Assembly: GCA_964644695.1 (NCBI GenBank)
Contig: CAZXWN010000010.1
Coordinates: 1-64,000 of the forward strand
Length of the DNA: 64,000 nucleotides
Direction of reading: 5' to 3'
DNA from: an uncultured bacterium
GTDB taxonomy: Bacteria > UBP4 > UBA4092
Every line of letters begins with the position of its first letter. Within the stretch, counting starts at the first letter, position 1. Below are positions 28,792 through 39,327 of the stretch, piece after piece. The notes beneath the pieces are model-generated. The model searched no databases and was not told the DNA's origin. It saw nothing but the letters and a program-made list of their open reading frames with translations. The position numbers and the translations under genes were made by a program.

Positions 28792-31050
28792 ATGATGCAA
28801 AGAAAGAAAAAACTACACTATTTAGGAGTGATGTGGTTATTGAGTCTTTTGACACTCATAACAACCCTCGCTCAAGCCCAAGTCCCTAATTATGGAGACT
28901 TTGAAGCTTTCCCCAATAATGGTGCTGCTCCACACCGGGTTGAATACAAAGTTTATCTAGATCCTGCGGTTACAGAGTTTAATTTGGACTCTGGTCCGGG
29001 TTTTGGTGTTTGGGCCGCCCCCACAAGCAGGATACATACCTTTTATTACAATTTTACGAGTCCAGGGACTTTCACTCCAAGACTGGGTGTGAGAGGTTCT
29101 TTTGGAGCTCAAACCATTACCAAGACAAACTACATCCACATTTATGATAAAACAACTTTTCCTGATTATGAAAATATTGGGGATAATGATTTTACAGCCT
29201 TCCCTAAATCTGGTAAAGCGCCACTTACTGTAAATTATTTTTGGAAGTTCGCGCCAGATGTCACTCATTGGAACATGGATTGCGGCCCAGGATGGGGAGT
29301 CTTTGTTCCCACATATAATCGCACAACCTCGGGGCCCTTCACATATTCTCAACCAGGGAAGTACACAATTAAAATAGCTTTCAAAAGCCCTTTGAGTGAA
29401 GTGACAGTTGTAAAAATAGATTATATTACTGTTTATCCAAGTAATGCCGTAGATATTAATTTGCCGGCAATAAAGCAAATGAAGAATAAAACCATACCTT
29501 TGGCCTACAAATTAAATGATTATGCACTGAAGGGGCATGATTATAATTATCTTATTACCAGTAACCTTATGGATAAAGCCTCTTTATCTGGGGATTCTGT
29601 TGCATTAGGACCTATTAGTATTGTTACATCAGGTGTGAATGTTTACTCCATTTCCGAAGGCAATACCCCAGTAAATCAGATGGTTAGTAGAATAAAGGTC
29701 TCGACCTATCGGATTTCCCGGTTACCACAGATATCCTTAAAGGCAGGAGAAAGCCTGGACTTTAACATTGGTGACTATACCTTTGACAGCACAGGGAAAG
29801 CAATTCCTCCTTCTTATGGTCAAGCTGGATCCTTAGTCGTCTCGGATTCAAACTACATTACTGCGGCCTGGGTTAATAATCAGACCATCCGCATTACTGC
29901 CCTGTCAGCTATTAGTACCGTCAATAAGCCGCTTTTTGTTGAAGTCGTAGCATCCCCTTCAAGTGTTCTTCCTTACGATGACTGTGACCGGGAACGGTTA
30001 CCCATCTATTTGAATAAAATTGATGTTGGCAATTTTACAAATAGCAATGGATTCCTAAAGGAATATGCAATTCAGACCTTTGAAGACAAACCGAGATTGC
30101 CTATCATGAGTTATCCAGAAAAAGGTGTATTGCGGGTAACCTTTACTTCCCCTTCGGAATCGCTGAAGCTCATGCCTAACCTTGATAGATTACTTACTTA
30201 TAAGACAAATAAGTGGTATATGGCTCGAATTAAAGTTAAAGCAAATTATTCGTGGACCAATGTGGATGTTGGGTTGTTCAACTTTAATGGCATTATTCCA
30301 AGTGCCCAGCAAGTCAATATTGGTTGTAATATGATTTTTGGTGTATCAACGGCTTGGACAACTATTGAGACCCCTCTTTATGTTCATGTTGGCGAAGTTG
30401 GATATCCACAGATTTATATTCGGAACCAAGGAACTTTTGGAGCAATTCAAGTAAAAGACCTTGAAATTTATGAAGCGACTCCGAGACTATTTGAAACACG
30501 CAGTAGTAATTTAGCCTATGCAGGAACCTTTAATAATCTGTCGTCCCTTAATGCTACTTGGGGAGTAGAAGGCAATGCCCCATTTACTGTTTATGAGCCA
30601 AATGGAATACAGATGAATCTGACTGAAGGTCCTCGTGAATACCTAAAACTGACAGCCAAAAAGGGTGATTTTGGAGTATATACACCGTCGGCTCAAATTG
30701 GAAAACAGGTGGGTATGAGAGTCCAGATTCCCAAAACCGTATTAACAGGTAGTTACCTGTCTTACGATACACACCTGCTTTTGGCTTGTTTTGGTGTAAA
30801 GGAAGAAGGAAGTTTTGATATTGGTGCAAAAGGAACCCAGATGTTGGTTAGTGCCCAAATGGGCGTTATGACTGACGCATGGGATCCCGTTAGTCAGGGT
30901 TATCATTATTTAGCTGGTAATGCACTGTGTCCATATTACCAGATTCAATGTGAACCTTCGACGCACATGGCAGGATATTTCAAGATTAAGAACATTGAAT
31001 ATCTGGTGGATCAGGATGAGCCATTTAATGGAGATGCATCATTGTTCTAA
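28792..31050 (+). CDS. Secreted protein with two PKD-like repeats and uncharacterised beta-rich C-terminal domains
   Basis: Signal peptide ending AQA; two DF.AFP..G.AP..V...PG....T..K..YI repeats. Confidence 0.7.
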   Translation: MMQRKKKLHYLGVMWLLSLLTLITTLAQAQVPNYGDFEAFPNNGAAPHRVEYKVYLDPAVTEFNLDSGPGFGVWAAPTSRIHTFYYNFTSPGTFTPRLGVRGSFGAQTITKTNYIHIYDKTTFPDYENIGDNDFTAFPKSGKAPLTVNYFWKFAPDVTHWNMDCGPGWGVFVPTYNRTTSGPFTYSQPGKYTIKIAFKSPLSEVTVVKIDYITVYPSNAVDINLPAIKQMKNKTIPLAYKLNDYALKGHDYNYLITSNLMDKASLSGDSVALGPISIVTSGVNVYSISEGNTPVNQMVSRIKVSTYRISRLPQISLKAGESLDFNIGDYTFDSTGKAIPPSYGQAGSLVVSDSNYITAAWVNNQTIRITALSAISTVNKPLFVEVVASPSSVLPYDDCDRERLPIYLNKIDVGNFTNSNGFLKEYAIQTFEDKPRLPIMSYPEKGVLRVTFTSPSESLKLMPNLDRLLTYKTNKWYMARIKVKANYSWTNVDVGLFNFNGIIPSAQQVNIGCNMIFGVSTAWTTIETPLYVHVGEVGYPQIYIRNQGTFGAIQVKDLEIYEATPRLFETRSSNLAYAGTFNNLSSLNATWGVEGNAPFTVYEPNGIQMNLTEGPREYLKLTAKKGDFGVYTPSAQIGKQVGMRVQIPKTVLTGSYLSYDTHLLLACFGVKEEGSFDIGAKGTQMLVSAQMGVMTDAWDPVSQGYHYLAGNALCPYYQIQCEPSTHMAGYFKIKNIEYLVDQDEPFNGDASLF

Positions 31051-31070
31051 GAACTGAATGAGAATGGAAT

Positions 31071-31107
31071 ACAGGGGTCTTTCGGAAGAAAGGCCCCTGT
31101 TTTTTTA
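31071..31107 (+). terminator. Intrinsic terminator
   Basis: acaggggtcttt...aaaggcccctgt followed by a T-run. Confidence 0.85.
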
Positions 31108-31195
31108 TGGGTAAACAAGAGGGGAATTGAGGGGAGTCTATTGATAGAATAATGACTGTAAATAATATCTATGGATTGATTCAAGAGGAAGAAAG

Positions 31196-31945
31196 ATGAT
31201 TACCCAGGATGAGTTATTGGCTGTTGAGGGTTTGGTGGCTTTTTGGGGGTTCCAGGAGGAATCTGGAAGAAATAGAGTGAGTTTGGGGAAGGTTCCCTAT
31301 GCGTTGGAGGAAGGAAATGGCCTGATAACGCGTGTTGAGGAGGGTGTTTGGGGGCCTTACAGTGCTCAGATGGGGCCGGGGAAATGGTTCCAAACCCCCC
31401 GGGAGAAGGTGGGGGACCTGGATATTCATGGAAAAGATGCGGAAGTCACGGTCATCGCCTGGATAAAAAGAGAGATAAAGCCAAAACCCGGTTGTGAGGC
31501 GGTAGCTGGCCTGTGGAATGAAACGCGTTGTAAACGACAGTATTGCCTGTTTCTGGATTTAGGGATTTGGGATAGTCGGGACCAGGTAGGAGGTCATATA
31601 TCGGGTGTAGGGGGCCCAACCGAAGGATATCCGTATTGCATGGATGCGGCCATAGGTGAAACCATGGTTCCGGTGCAACAATGGCAATGTGCAGGGTTTA
31701 CCTATAATGGGACCTGGTGTAAATCCTATTTGAATGGGGTTTTGGATGCCCGAGAAGGTCGAAATCCCGATTATTATGATAAAGGGCTTTTTGATGGGGG
31801 GATAGACGGGTCTGATTTTACGGTGGGAGCTGTTGACCGAAGTGGTGAAATGGGGAACTGGTATTACGGGTTATTAGGAGGTCTGGCGGTCTTCAATCGG
31901 GCATTAACTTCAGCCGAGATGGAAAAGATAGGTGAATTAACCTAA
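31196..31945 (+). CDS. LamG-like jellyroll / concanavalin A fold protein
   Basis: LVAFWGFQE, VTVIAWIK, WQCAGFTYNG...YLNG, LAVFNRALT..E. Confidence 0.75.
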   Translation: MITQDELLAVEGLVAFWGFQEESGRNRVSLGKVPYALEEGNGLITRVEEGVWGPYSAQMGPGKWFQTPREKVGDLDIHGKDAEVTVIAWIKREIKPKPGCEAVAGLWNETRCKRQYCLFLDLGIWDSRDQVGGHISGVGGPTEGYPYCMDAAIGETMVPVQQWQCAGFTYNGTWCKSYLNGVLDAREGRNPDYYDKGLFDGGIDGSDFTVGAVDRSGEMGNWYYGLLGGLAVFNRALTSAEMEKIGELT

Positions 31946-31975
31946 ATAAAGGTTCCTGACTCATATAAGACCTTT

Positions 31976-31996
31976 CTCCTTCGAATATGGTTCGTT
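31976..31996 (-). repeat. Second dispersed repeat copy 3 (inverted)
   Basis: Reverse complement aacgaaccatattcgaaggag, 19/21 match to 1725-1745. Confidence 0.6.
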
Positions 31997-32350
31997 TCAG
32001 GGGACGGAGTGATTCGGGATGTCAAGAGGATTTGGGGGGAGAGGAAAGGGTTTTGGTAAAGGAATGGGAGAGTCGAGAGAATAGACAAACAGCAAGGTAA
32101 AATGCACCGCAGGGGGGAACGGTATAAAGTCGCTCAGAAATGTCAGAAAACACTGGTATAATTGAGGGCCAGAGGCTTATAGTCTGGTTAAATCGTGGCT
32201 TTGAAAAGGGTTAAAAAAGCCTTCCATTGGATAAGTTTCAGAAATATTCCTGAGATAAATAGTTTACGAAAAAAATTACTTTTGACGAAATCGCTGGTTT
32301 ACGGTAGTATCTTATCCGTTTAGCCCTCTCTCTCCTTATTTATAAGAGGG

Positions 32351-32737
32351 ATGAAAGGGTATTGTAAAAATAAAGTTGGAACAGTTATGAGACTTTCAGA
32401 TGTAGTGGAAAAGCTGGGTGCCACAGAGATATACGCCATCACCGGCCGGAACCCGGAAGTAACTACAATATGTGCTGCTGATTTCTTAAGCGACATTCTG
32501 GCAGCCGAGAAAAGGAATTTTGTAATTCTGACGGGATTTACCAGTCCGCAGGTGATTCGGACGGCGGATGTGGTCGGAGCGCTGGCAGTGATTTTTGTAA
32601 GAGGGAAGTATCCCCCTCCCGAGACTGTAGGCCTGGCCAAGGCTCACGAAATTCCCCTGTATGTATCTCCTTTGCCTATGTTTGAGTCTTGTACGCGATT
32701 ATCAGAGTTTGACCCCGGAAGCCAGACTCAGGAATGA
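32351..32737 (+). CDS. DRTGG domain protein
   Basis: AADFLSDIL...LTGFTSPQVIRTAD....A.IFVRGK.P, typical of hydrogenase-operon DRTGG proteins; start may be 32387. Confidence 0.8.
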   Translation: MKGYCKNKVGTVMRLSDVVEKLGATEIYAITGRNPEVTTICAADFLSDILAAEKRNFVILTGFTSPQVIRTADVVGALAVIFVRGKYPPPETVGLAKAHEIPLYVSPLPMFESCTRLSEFDPGSQTQE

Positions 32738-32745
32738 TGTAATCG

Positions 32746-33714
32746 ATGGAAACGACTATGCCAGAAGGTAAAGACATCCGCGAATTCAGCTTGATACATG
32801 AGTTGGTTTATCAGCTGAAAGTGCGTGATGCCATGACACCGAATCCGGTCACAGTCTCTCCAACAGATACCTTCCGAGTTGCGCAGCGGGTTTTGCGCGA
32901 GAAACGCATCTCCGGGTTACCCGTAGTAGATAGGAATCGATTACTGGGAATCATCAGTGTTGAAGATATTATTCGGGCACTGGATTACCAGTATATGAGT
33001 TCAGAAATAGCAGATTACATGACGCGTTCTGTCATTTCTTTGAAACCTGATTATACTTTGGCCAAAGCCCTGGGAATTTTTGATCGTCACCCTTTCGGAA
33101 GATTTCCGGTCGTGGATAAGGCAGGAGCCCTGATAGGAATTCTGACTCAGGGGGATATTACTCGCCGCCTGATGTTTGAATTAAATGGCGTTGCCGAACA
33201 AGCCGCACTCAGAGAAGCGAAACAAATGGCGGCCTCCATTGACCCGACGACTAATTTTACGGATGGGGAAGTGATTCTGGAGACCTCGTTACAGTCGGGG
33301 GATTTCGATTCAGCGGGTATCTTATCTTCCCAAGTGAAAAAAAGGCTTCAGTCGATGGGTACCGACCCAGAAATCGTTCGCCGTGCGGCAATTGCCTGCT
33401 ACGAAATGGAAACAAATGTGATTATCCATTCTATCGGCGGCGTTTTGAAGGCTTGGTTGGAAAAAGGCTGGTTTGTGTTGGAAGCACAGGATAAAGGGCC
33501 TGGCATTGAAGATGTGGAAAAGGCACTTTCTCCGGGATTTTCAACTGCCAGTGACAGTGTTCGAGCCTTAGGTTTTGGTGCGGGCATGGGTCTTCCTAAC
33601 ATCAAGAAGTGTGCGGATGATTTCCATATCGACTCGGTCATGGGCCGGGGAACACAGGTTCAGGTGAAAATACATTTAAAATCAGCGGCGGAGAGTAACG
33701 GTACCGCCAAATAA
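32746..33714 (+). CDS. CBS-pair + anti-sigma-type GHKL (Ser/Thr kinase-like) fusion
   Basis: Two CBS domains; N-box EMETNVIIHS, G1 DKGPGI, G2 GFGAGMGLPNIK; no His-phosphoacceptor domain. Confidence 0.85.
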   Translation: METTMPEGKDIREFSLIHELVYQLKVRDAMTPNPVTVSPTDTFRVAQRVLREKRISGLPVVDRNRLLGIISVEDIIRALDYQYMSSEIADYMTRSVISLKPDYTLAKALGIFDRHPFGRFPVVDKAGALIGILTQGDITRRLMFELNGVAEQAALREAKQMAASIDPTTNFTDGEVILETSLQSGDFDSAGILSSQVKKRLQSMGTDPEIVRRAAIACYEMETNVIIHSIGGVLKAWLEKGWFVLEAQDKGPGIEDVEKALSPGFSTASDSVRALGFGAGMGLPNIKKCADDFHIDSVMGRGTQVQVKIHLKSAAESNGTAK

Positions 33715-33801
33715 ACAGTTCAGGAACTAACACGAGACACTCCGGTGTCCGTTGAAAAACAAATAGATTGATGCTCATATCCATGGAAAGGAGCAAGACG
33801 A

Positions 33802-34290
33802 ATGGTTCAAGTACTTGAGGAACACCCCAGCGGTGATATCCGGTTTTCAAAACTGGATGAAATCATGAACTCTTATGATAATTCTCCAGATGCTATTATC
33901 CATTTTCTGCAACAGGCTCAGTTACTGTTCGGATACCTGCGGGATGATGTGATCCAGTATGTTGCCGCCAAGACCCGAACACCCCTGAGTCAGATATACG
34001 GCGTGGTGACCTTTTATCACTTCTTCAGCACTATCCCTAAAGGGAAGCACACTGTCACTGTCTGTTTGGGAACGGCCTGCTATGTTAAAGGAGCAGATCG
34101 GGTGTTTGACCGATTGGCCAAAGAGCTGGGAGTGGATGATGGTGAGACTACCAAGGATGATATCTATACACTGTGTAAAGCACGCTGTGTAGGTGCCTGT
34201 GGTCTGGCCCCGGCCGTCATTGTGGATGAAGATGTTCATGCCAAGATGACCGCCGATAAAATGATGAAAGTTCTGAAGAAATATACTTGA
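33802..34290 (+). CDS. NuoE/HoxE/HydC-like [2Fe-2S] subunit
   Basis: YGVVTFY.FF, CLGTAC...CVGAC. Confidence 0.92.
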   Translation: MVQVLEEHPSGDIRFSKLDEIMNSYDNSPDAIIHFLQQAQLLFGYLRDDVIQYVAAKTRTPLSQIYGVVTFYHFFSTIPKGKHTVTVCLGTACYVKGADRVFDRLAKELGVDDGETTKDDIYTLCKARCVGACGLAPAVIVDEDVHAKMTADKMMKVLKKYT

Positions 34291-34314
34291 GCCTGAGGCT
34301 TGGGAGAACCGATC

Positions 34315-34698
34315 ATGGCAAAAATTAAAAACCTGGAAGAATTAAGAAAACTCCGGGAATCGTTACAGAAGGATATGACCGTCCGTAATCAAACGAACAC
34401 CCGTATTATTGTGGGGATGGGGACTTGTGGTATTGCCGCCGGTGCCCGTGAAGTCATCAAGGCTATCCTGTCTGAACTGGAAACGCGCAAGATGAATGCC
34501 CATGTTGAAACCGTGGGATGTATGGGTATGTGCGCCAGAGAACCCCTGGTGGACATTGAACAAGCGGGGATGCCACGCGTGACCTATACAAATATTCAGG
34601 CCGACATGGTCCCGAAACTCATTGAAGAACATCTGGTCAAAGGCCAGGTGGTGACCGAATGGGCTCTGGGCCGGCTTGATGCTGGATCCGGAAAATAA
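34315..34698 (+). CDS. Thioredoxin-like ferredoxin (HydD/HndB-like)
   Basis: VGMGTCGIAAGA...GCMGMC..EP. Confidence 0.88.
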   Translation: MAKIKNLEELRKLRESLQKDMTVRNQTNTRIIVGMGTCGIAAGAREVIKAILSELETRKMNAHVETVGCMGMCAREPLVDIEQAGMPRVTYTNIQADMVPKLIEEHLVKGQVVTEWALGRLDAGSGK

Positions 34699-34713
34699 CG
34701 GGAGACAACACTA

Positions 34714-36591
34714 ATGGATAATACAAATAAAACTGACTATCAGGAAAAGCTGGGTGGATTATTTCGCGCCAATGTCCTGATATGTGGTGGTACAGGATGT
34801 AATGCAGCGGATTCGATGGCTGTATTAACAGAGTTCCGTAAAGCAATTACGGATAAAGGCCTGGATAAGGAAGTCCGAGTCATTCAGACGGGATGCCGTG
34901 GCTTTTGTGCCATGGGTCCGGTCGTGATGGTGTACCCGGAAGGAATCTTCTATTGTCAGGTGCAGACCAAAGATATTAATGAACTGGTGGAAGAAACCTT
35001 AATCAAAGGGCGGGTTGTTGAACGGTTGTTGTTCAAAGAATCCGATAACCACAAAGCCTTACCGTACTATAAGGATATGCCGTTTTATGCGAAGCAGCGG
35101 CGAATTGTTTTGGAAAACTGCGGTATCATCGACCCGGAACGGATTGATGAATATATCGCCAGAGACGGATACAAAGCTCTTGAAAAATGTCTTTTTGAAT
35201 TAACTCCGGAAAATATTGTTGACGAGTTAAAGAAGTCTGGTTTGCGTGGCCGCGGTGGTGCCGGGTTCTCAACCGGAATGAAATGGGATTTCGCCCGCAA
35301 ATCCAAAAACGATAAGAAGTATGTTGTCTGTAACGCTGACGAAGGTGATCCGGGTGCATTTATGGACCGGTCCCTGTTGGAAGGCGACCCTCATCGATTG
35401 ATTGAAGGTATGACCATTTGTGCTTATACCATTGGATCGAATGAAGGATATGTGTACTGCAGAGCGGAATATCCACTGGCTATCCGCCGCTTGAAAATTG
35501 CAATGGCTCAGGCCGAGGAAATGGGCCTGTTAGGTGATAATATTCTCGGAACGGATTTCTCCTTCCATTTGAAGGTTAAAGAGGGTGCTGGCGCGTTTGT
35601 TTGCGGTGAAGAAACCGCTTTGCTGGCCTCTATTGAAGGCAAGCGGGGAATGCCCCGTCCACGGCCTCCTTTCCCGGCTATTTCCGGTTTGTGGAAGAAA
35701 CCCACCAACATCAACAATGTAAAGACCTATTGTAATGTTCGGGAAATTATTAATCATGGTGCTGAGTGGTTTGCTTCCATCGGAACTGAGAAGTCCAAAG
35801 GAACAGCTATTTTTGCTCTGACCGGTAAAATCAATAACACCGGTTTGGTAGAAGTACCCATGGGAATTACTCTCCGCGAAATCATTTATGAAATCGGCGG
35901 CGGTGTTCCGAATGGAAAAGAATTCAAAGCAGCACAGACGGGCGGTCCGTCAGGTGGATGCTTACCGGCAAAATATCTTGATACACCGATCGATTATGAA
36001 ACACTGGCCTCTCTCGGTTCCATGATGGGGTCTGGTGGTTTGATTGTCATGGATGAAGACTCCTGTATGGTGAATGTGGCGCAATTCTTCCTGGAATTCG
36101 TTATGGATGAATCCTGCGGCAAGTGCCCACCATGCCGAGTCGGTACCCAGCAGATGCATCGGATCCTGACCAAGATTTGCAATGGTCAGGGAACCATGGA
36201 AGACCTGGATGTTTTGGAAGAACTCTGCAATATGATTAAAGAATCTTCCTTATGCGGATTGGGTCAAACAGCACCAAATCCGGTGCTTTCAACTTTGCGT
36301 CAATTCCGTGATGAGTATGAAGCACATATTCTCCACAAAGCCTGTCCAGCCAAAGTTTGTAAGGCACTTCTGGAATTTAAGATTGATGAAGAAAAATGTA
36401 TTGGGTGTTCTTTATGCTCTCGTGCGTGCCCAACCAGCACTATCTTCAAGCGGACCGACGCCAAGAAGTATTATGTTGTGGAAGATAAATGTATCCGCTG
36501 CGGAGCCTGTTTTGATGCCTGTAAATTCGATGCGGTGTACAAACTAACCGGTCCGGATGCCAAACTTGCGGAGGTGGCTGAAAATGCCTAA
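34714..36591 (+). CDS. NuoF/HoxF/HydB-like NAD(H)/FMN-binding subunit with extra Fe-S domains
   Basis: N-terminal CGGTGC..C.GFC; GRGGAGF; CNADEGDPGAFMD; GGPSGG; SCGKCPPCR; C-terminal 2x[4Fe-4S]. Confidence 0.95.
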   Translation: MDNTNKTDYQEKLGGLFRANVLICGGTGCNAADSMAVLTEFRKAITDKGLDKEVRVIQTGCRGFCAMGPVVMVYPEGIFYCQVQTKDINELVEETLIKGRVVERLLFKESDNHKALPYYKDMPFYAKQRRIVLENCGIIDPERIDEYIARDGYKALEKCLFELTPENIVDELKKSGLRGRGGAGFSTGMKWDFARKSKNDKKYVVCNADEGDPGAFMDRSLLEGDPHRLIEGMTICAYTIGSNEGYVYCRAEYPLAIRRLKIAMAQAEEMGLLGDNILGTDFSFHLKVKEGAGAFVCGEETALLASIEGKRGMPRPRPPFPAISGLWKKPTNINNVKTYCNVREIINHGAEWFASIGTEKSKGTAIFALTGKINNTGLVEVPMGITLREIIYEIGGGVPNGKEFKAAQTGGPSGGCLPAKYLDTPIDYETLASLGSMMGSGGLIVMDEDSCMVNVAQFFLEFVMDESCGKCPPCRVGTQQMHRILTKICNGQGTMEDLDVLEELCNMIKESSLCGLGQTAPNPVLSTLRQFRDEYEAHILHKACPAKVCKALLEFKIDEEKCIGCSLCSRACPTSTIFKRTDAKKYYVVEDKCIRCGACFDACKFDAVYKLTGPDAKLAEVAENA

Positions 36592-38770
36592 TACCGATAC
36601 CCGACCTGAAATTAAACTTACAATCAACGGGAAAGAATGTACTGGCCGGGAAGGTCAAACCATCCTGGAAGTGGCCAATGATAATAGTGTATACATTCCA
36701 ACCCTGTGTTACCTGAAGAAGCTCTCCCCGGTGGGTGCCTGCCGAATGTGTATTGTCGAAGTGGAGAAAATGCCGAAAATCGTTACCTCCTGTTCGACTC
36801 CGGCAACCAATGGAATGGTGGTTCATTCCAACACCGAGAAACTTCAGAAAATGCGCCGAATGATTATGGAGTTGTTCTTCTCTGAGCGCAATCACTACTG
36901 TCCCTTCTGTGAAAAATCGGGTGGTGACTGTGATCTCCAGAATAAAGCATATGAAAACAATATGGATCATATTCGGTATCCATATTTATTCCCCAATCTG
37001 CCGGTGGAAAGTTCCCATCCGTATTTCTACCTGGACCACAATCGCTGTATTTTATGCTCTCGTTGTGTCCGTTGGTGCGATGAAGTAGAAGGTGTCCATA
37101 CGATAGATTTTGGCCATCGTGGCCGGAACACTCTCGTTTGTGTTGATTTGAACAGTCAGTTTGCCGGTTCATCCTGTACCTCTTGTGGTGGTTGTGTGCA
37201 GGCTTGTCCGACGGGTGCTCTTTTCAACAAGATGAGTGCATATCGGGGCAAGACCAAAGACTGTGAAAAAGTGGATACCGTTTGTCAGCAGTGTTCATTG
37301 GGTTGTGGAATCACTGTTTATAGTCGGGGAAACCATCTTGTGAATATTGATGGTGATGAATCCTCCTCCGTGAATGCGGGCCATCTTTGTGTGAATGGCC
37401 GATATGAACCTCTGACCAATCAGAAAGACAGAGTATTAAAACCGACCGTCAGTCACGGTTCCGGCAATGTTGAATTCAGTTGGGAAAAGGCTCTCGACCA
37501 TGTGGCGTATCGTTTACGTCGCTTGAAAAATGAAGACCCCTCTTCCATCTATGCTTACATCAGCCCGAAGATGACGAACGAATCCGTTTATCGGTTTATG
37601 CAGCTGTTCCGGGAAGTCATTGGGACCCCTAATGCCTATCTGCTCGGCTGCTATGAATATGAAAGTTACAGTAAGTCACTTGGCAAACCGAATACCGAAT
37701 TTGCCGCGTTAAATCTGGAAACCGATATGTCTGCTTTGGATGAATCTGACTGTATCGTGATACTGGGTGCAGACCCTGGCAAAACACATAAAGTGTTGGC
37801 GGCCAAGGTTCGCAGCCGGGTCCGTGCGCAGAAAGCCAAGCTGATTATTGTGAATGAAGATAAATCACAGCTTGATTTAATGGCTGATATTGCTGTCCAG
37901 TTATATGGTGGTACAGACGGTGTGTTATTAAACACCTTGATTGGACTGGAACTGACTTCTCCCGCCACCAAACATCAGGTGGAACTGCCTTACAGTCTCC
38001 GGGAAGAATTTTCGAACTACAGCCCGGAAAAAGCTGAAAAAGCAACCGGGATTTCCTGGGACAAAATCGTTCAGATTTCTCGGTTAATCAGTAAAGCTAA
38101 GAACCCGGTCTTTGTGTTTGGCACTGGATTGTCTCAACAGGATAATCCTGAATTGTTTGCGACTTTGGTGAATTTCATTCGTCAGGTAGGTTTCATCAAG
38201 GATGGGAAACTCCCATTGATGGGACTTCGGACAGGTGCCAATGCTCGGGGTGCTTTTGAAATCGACTTGATGATGCGCAGAGAAACCGGTGCTGTTTCGG
38301 CTTCCACGGGTCCGAATTTCCTGGACAAACTGGATCCGAAAGAAGCTAAACTGGTCTTCCTTGCCATGGGCGACGATGAAATTGAGTTGTTGGAAAATGA
38401 CTTGCACAAATTATCTCAGATTGAGTTCCTGGTGGTGCAAAGCAGTCATCCAAATGCCGCCCTTGCCCATGCGGATGTAAGTCTACCCAGCCCTGTATGG
38501 TACGAGAAGCAGGGTTCCATGAATAATGCACTGGGTAAGAGCCAGGGTATTATCCCTGTATTGCCAGCCACGGGTGAAATGTACCAGGAATGGCAAGTAT
38601 TTGGTGGATTAGCTCGCCGGCTATCTGCAAATGTTCCTGAAGGCCTGGCGGCAATAACCCAGGAAATATCTGAATTACAGGCGAATTATCGTTCCAAAGT
38701 AACCTCGGTGTCTGTGGATTCGCTTCCGTTCCGTTGCGTAGCTTTCCCGCTGAATGAGGGAGGAAAATAG
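36584..38770 (+). CDS. NuoG/HoxU-like Fe-S subunit with a formate-dehydrogenase-like scaffold (HydA of the NiFe-HydABCSL type)
   Basis: IPTLC..GACRMC; H.C..C.....C; CILCSRC/CTSCGGC; CQQCSLGC...C; molybdopterin-oxidoreductase fold with no recognisable Mo-ligand motif. Confidence 0.85.
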   Translation: MPNTDTRPEIKLTINGKECTGREGQTILEVANDNSVYIPTLCYLKKLSPVGACRMCIVEVEKMPKIVTSCSTPATNGMVVHSNTEKLQKMRRMIMELFFSERNHYCPFCEKSGGDCDLQNKAYENNMDHIRYPYLFPNLPVESSHPYFYLDHNRCILCSRCVRWCDEVEGVHTIDFGHRGRNTLVCVDLNSQFAGSSCTSCGGCVQACPTGALFNKMSAYRGKTKDCEKVDTVCQQCSLGCGITVYSRGNHLVNIDGDESSSVNAGHLCVNGRYEPLTNQKDRVLKPTVSHGSGNVEFSWEKALDHVAYRLRRLKNEDPSSIYAYISPKMTNESVYRFMQLFREVIGTPNAYLLGCYEYESYSKSLGKPNTEFAALNLETDMSALDESDCIVILGADPGKTHKVLAAKVRSRVRAQKAKLIIVNEDKSQLDLMADIAVQLYGGTDGVLLNTLIGLELTSPATKHQVELPYSLREEFSNYSPEKAEKATGISWDKIVQISRLISKAKNPVFVFGTGLSQQDNPELFATLVNFIRQVGFIKDGKLPLMGLRTGANARGAFEIDLMMRRETGAVSASTGPNFLDKLDPKEAKLVFLAMGDDEIELLENDLHKLSQIEFLVVQSSHPNAALAHADVSLPSPVWYEKQGSMNNALGKSQGIIPVLPATGEMYQEWQVFGGLARRLSANVPEGLAAITQEISELQANYRSKVTSVSVDSLPFRCVAFPLNEGGK

Positions 38771-38773
38771 AAC

Positions 38774-39319
38774 ATGGCCAAGAATGCCAAGGTAAAAATA
38801 GCGACAGTGTGGCTGGGTGGATGTGCTGGCTGTCACATGTCTTTTCTGGATCTGGATGAACGGTTGATTGACCTGTCTAAATTGGTTGAGATTACCGCCA
38901 GTCCGATTACTGATATCAAGGAATTTCCCGAAGTGACCGTGGGTATTGTGGAAGGGGCTGTCTGTAATGAAGACAATGCGGAAGTCCTGAAGGCTCTGCG
39001 TGCCAAAGCCAAAATCTTGGTTGCGATGGGTGACTGTGCCTGCTATGGCGGTATTCCTGCAATGCGGAATCAGTTCAAGAAGAGTGTTGTTCTTGATCGG
39101 GCTTATATTGATGCCGAATCGACCCTGATTGGGGAAATTCCCCATTCCGCAGAAGTCCCTGAATTATGCGGGCAAGTTAAAGCTATTAAAGATGTGGTGA
39201 AAGTGGATGCTTATATTCCCGGATGTCCTCCGGATGCTGACACAATCTTTTATGCTTTGAGCGAACTTTTGGCCGGTCGGATTCCCGCATGGCCTGAAGA
39301 TAAACTCCACTTTGACTAA
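38774..39319 (+). CDS. hoxY: Group 3 NiFe hydrogenase small subunit (HoxY/HydS)
   Basis: [23 protein letters not shown]; short one-cluster form. Confidence 0.9.
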   Translation: MAKNAKVKIATVWLGGCAGCHMSFLDLDERLIDLSKLVEITASPITDIKEFPEVTVGIVEGAVCNEDNAEVLKALRAKAKILVAMGDCACYGGIPAMRNQFKKSVVLDRAYIDAESTLIGEIPHSAEVPELCGQVKAIKDVVKVDAYIPGCPPDADTIFYALSELLAGRIPAWPEDKLHFD

Positions 39320-39327
39320 GAAAGAGG

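Noticed and set aside
36584-38770. Formate dehydrogenase alpha subunit
   Set aside because: No Cys/Sec-His Mo-ligand motif at the expected position, C-terminally short, and embedded between HydB and the NiFe subunits.
33802-38770. Respiratory complex I nuoEFG
   Set aside because: No membrane nuo genes; followed directly by NiFe hydrogenase subunits.
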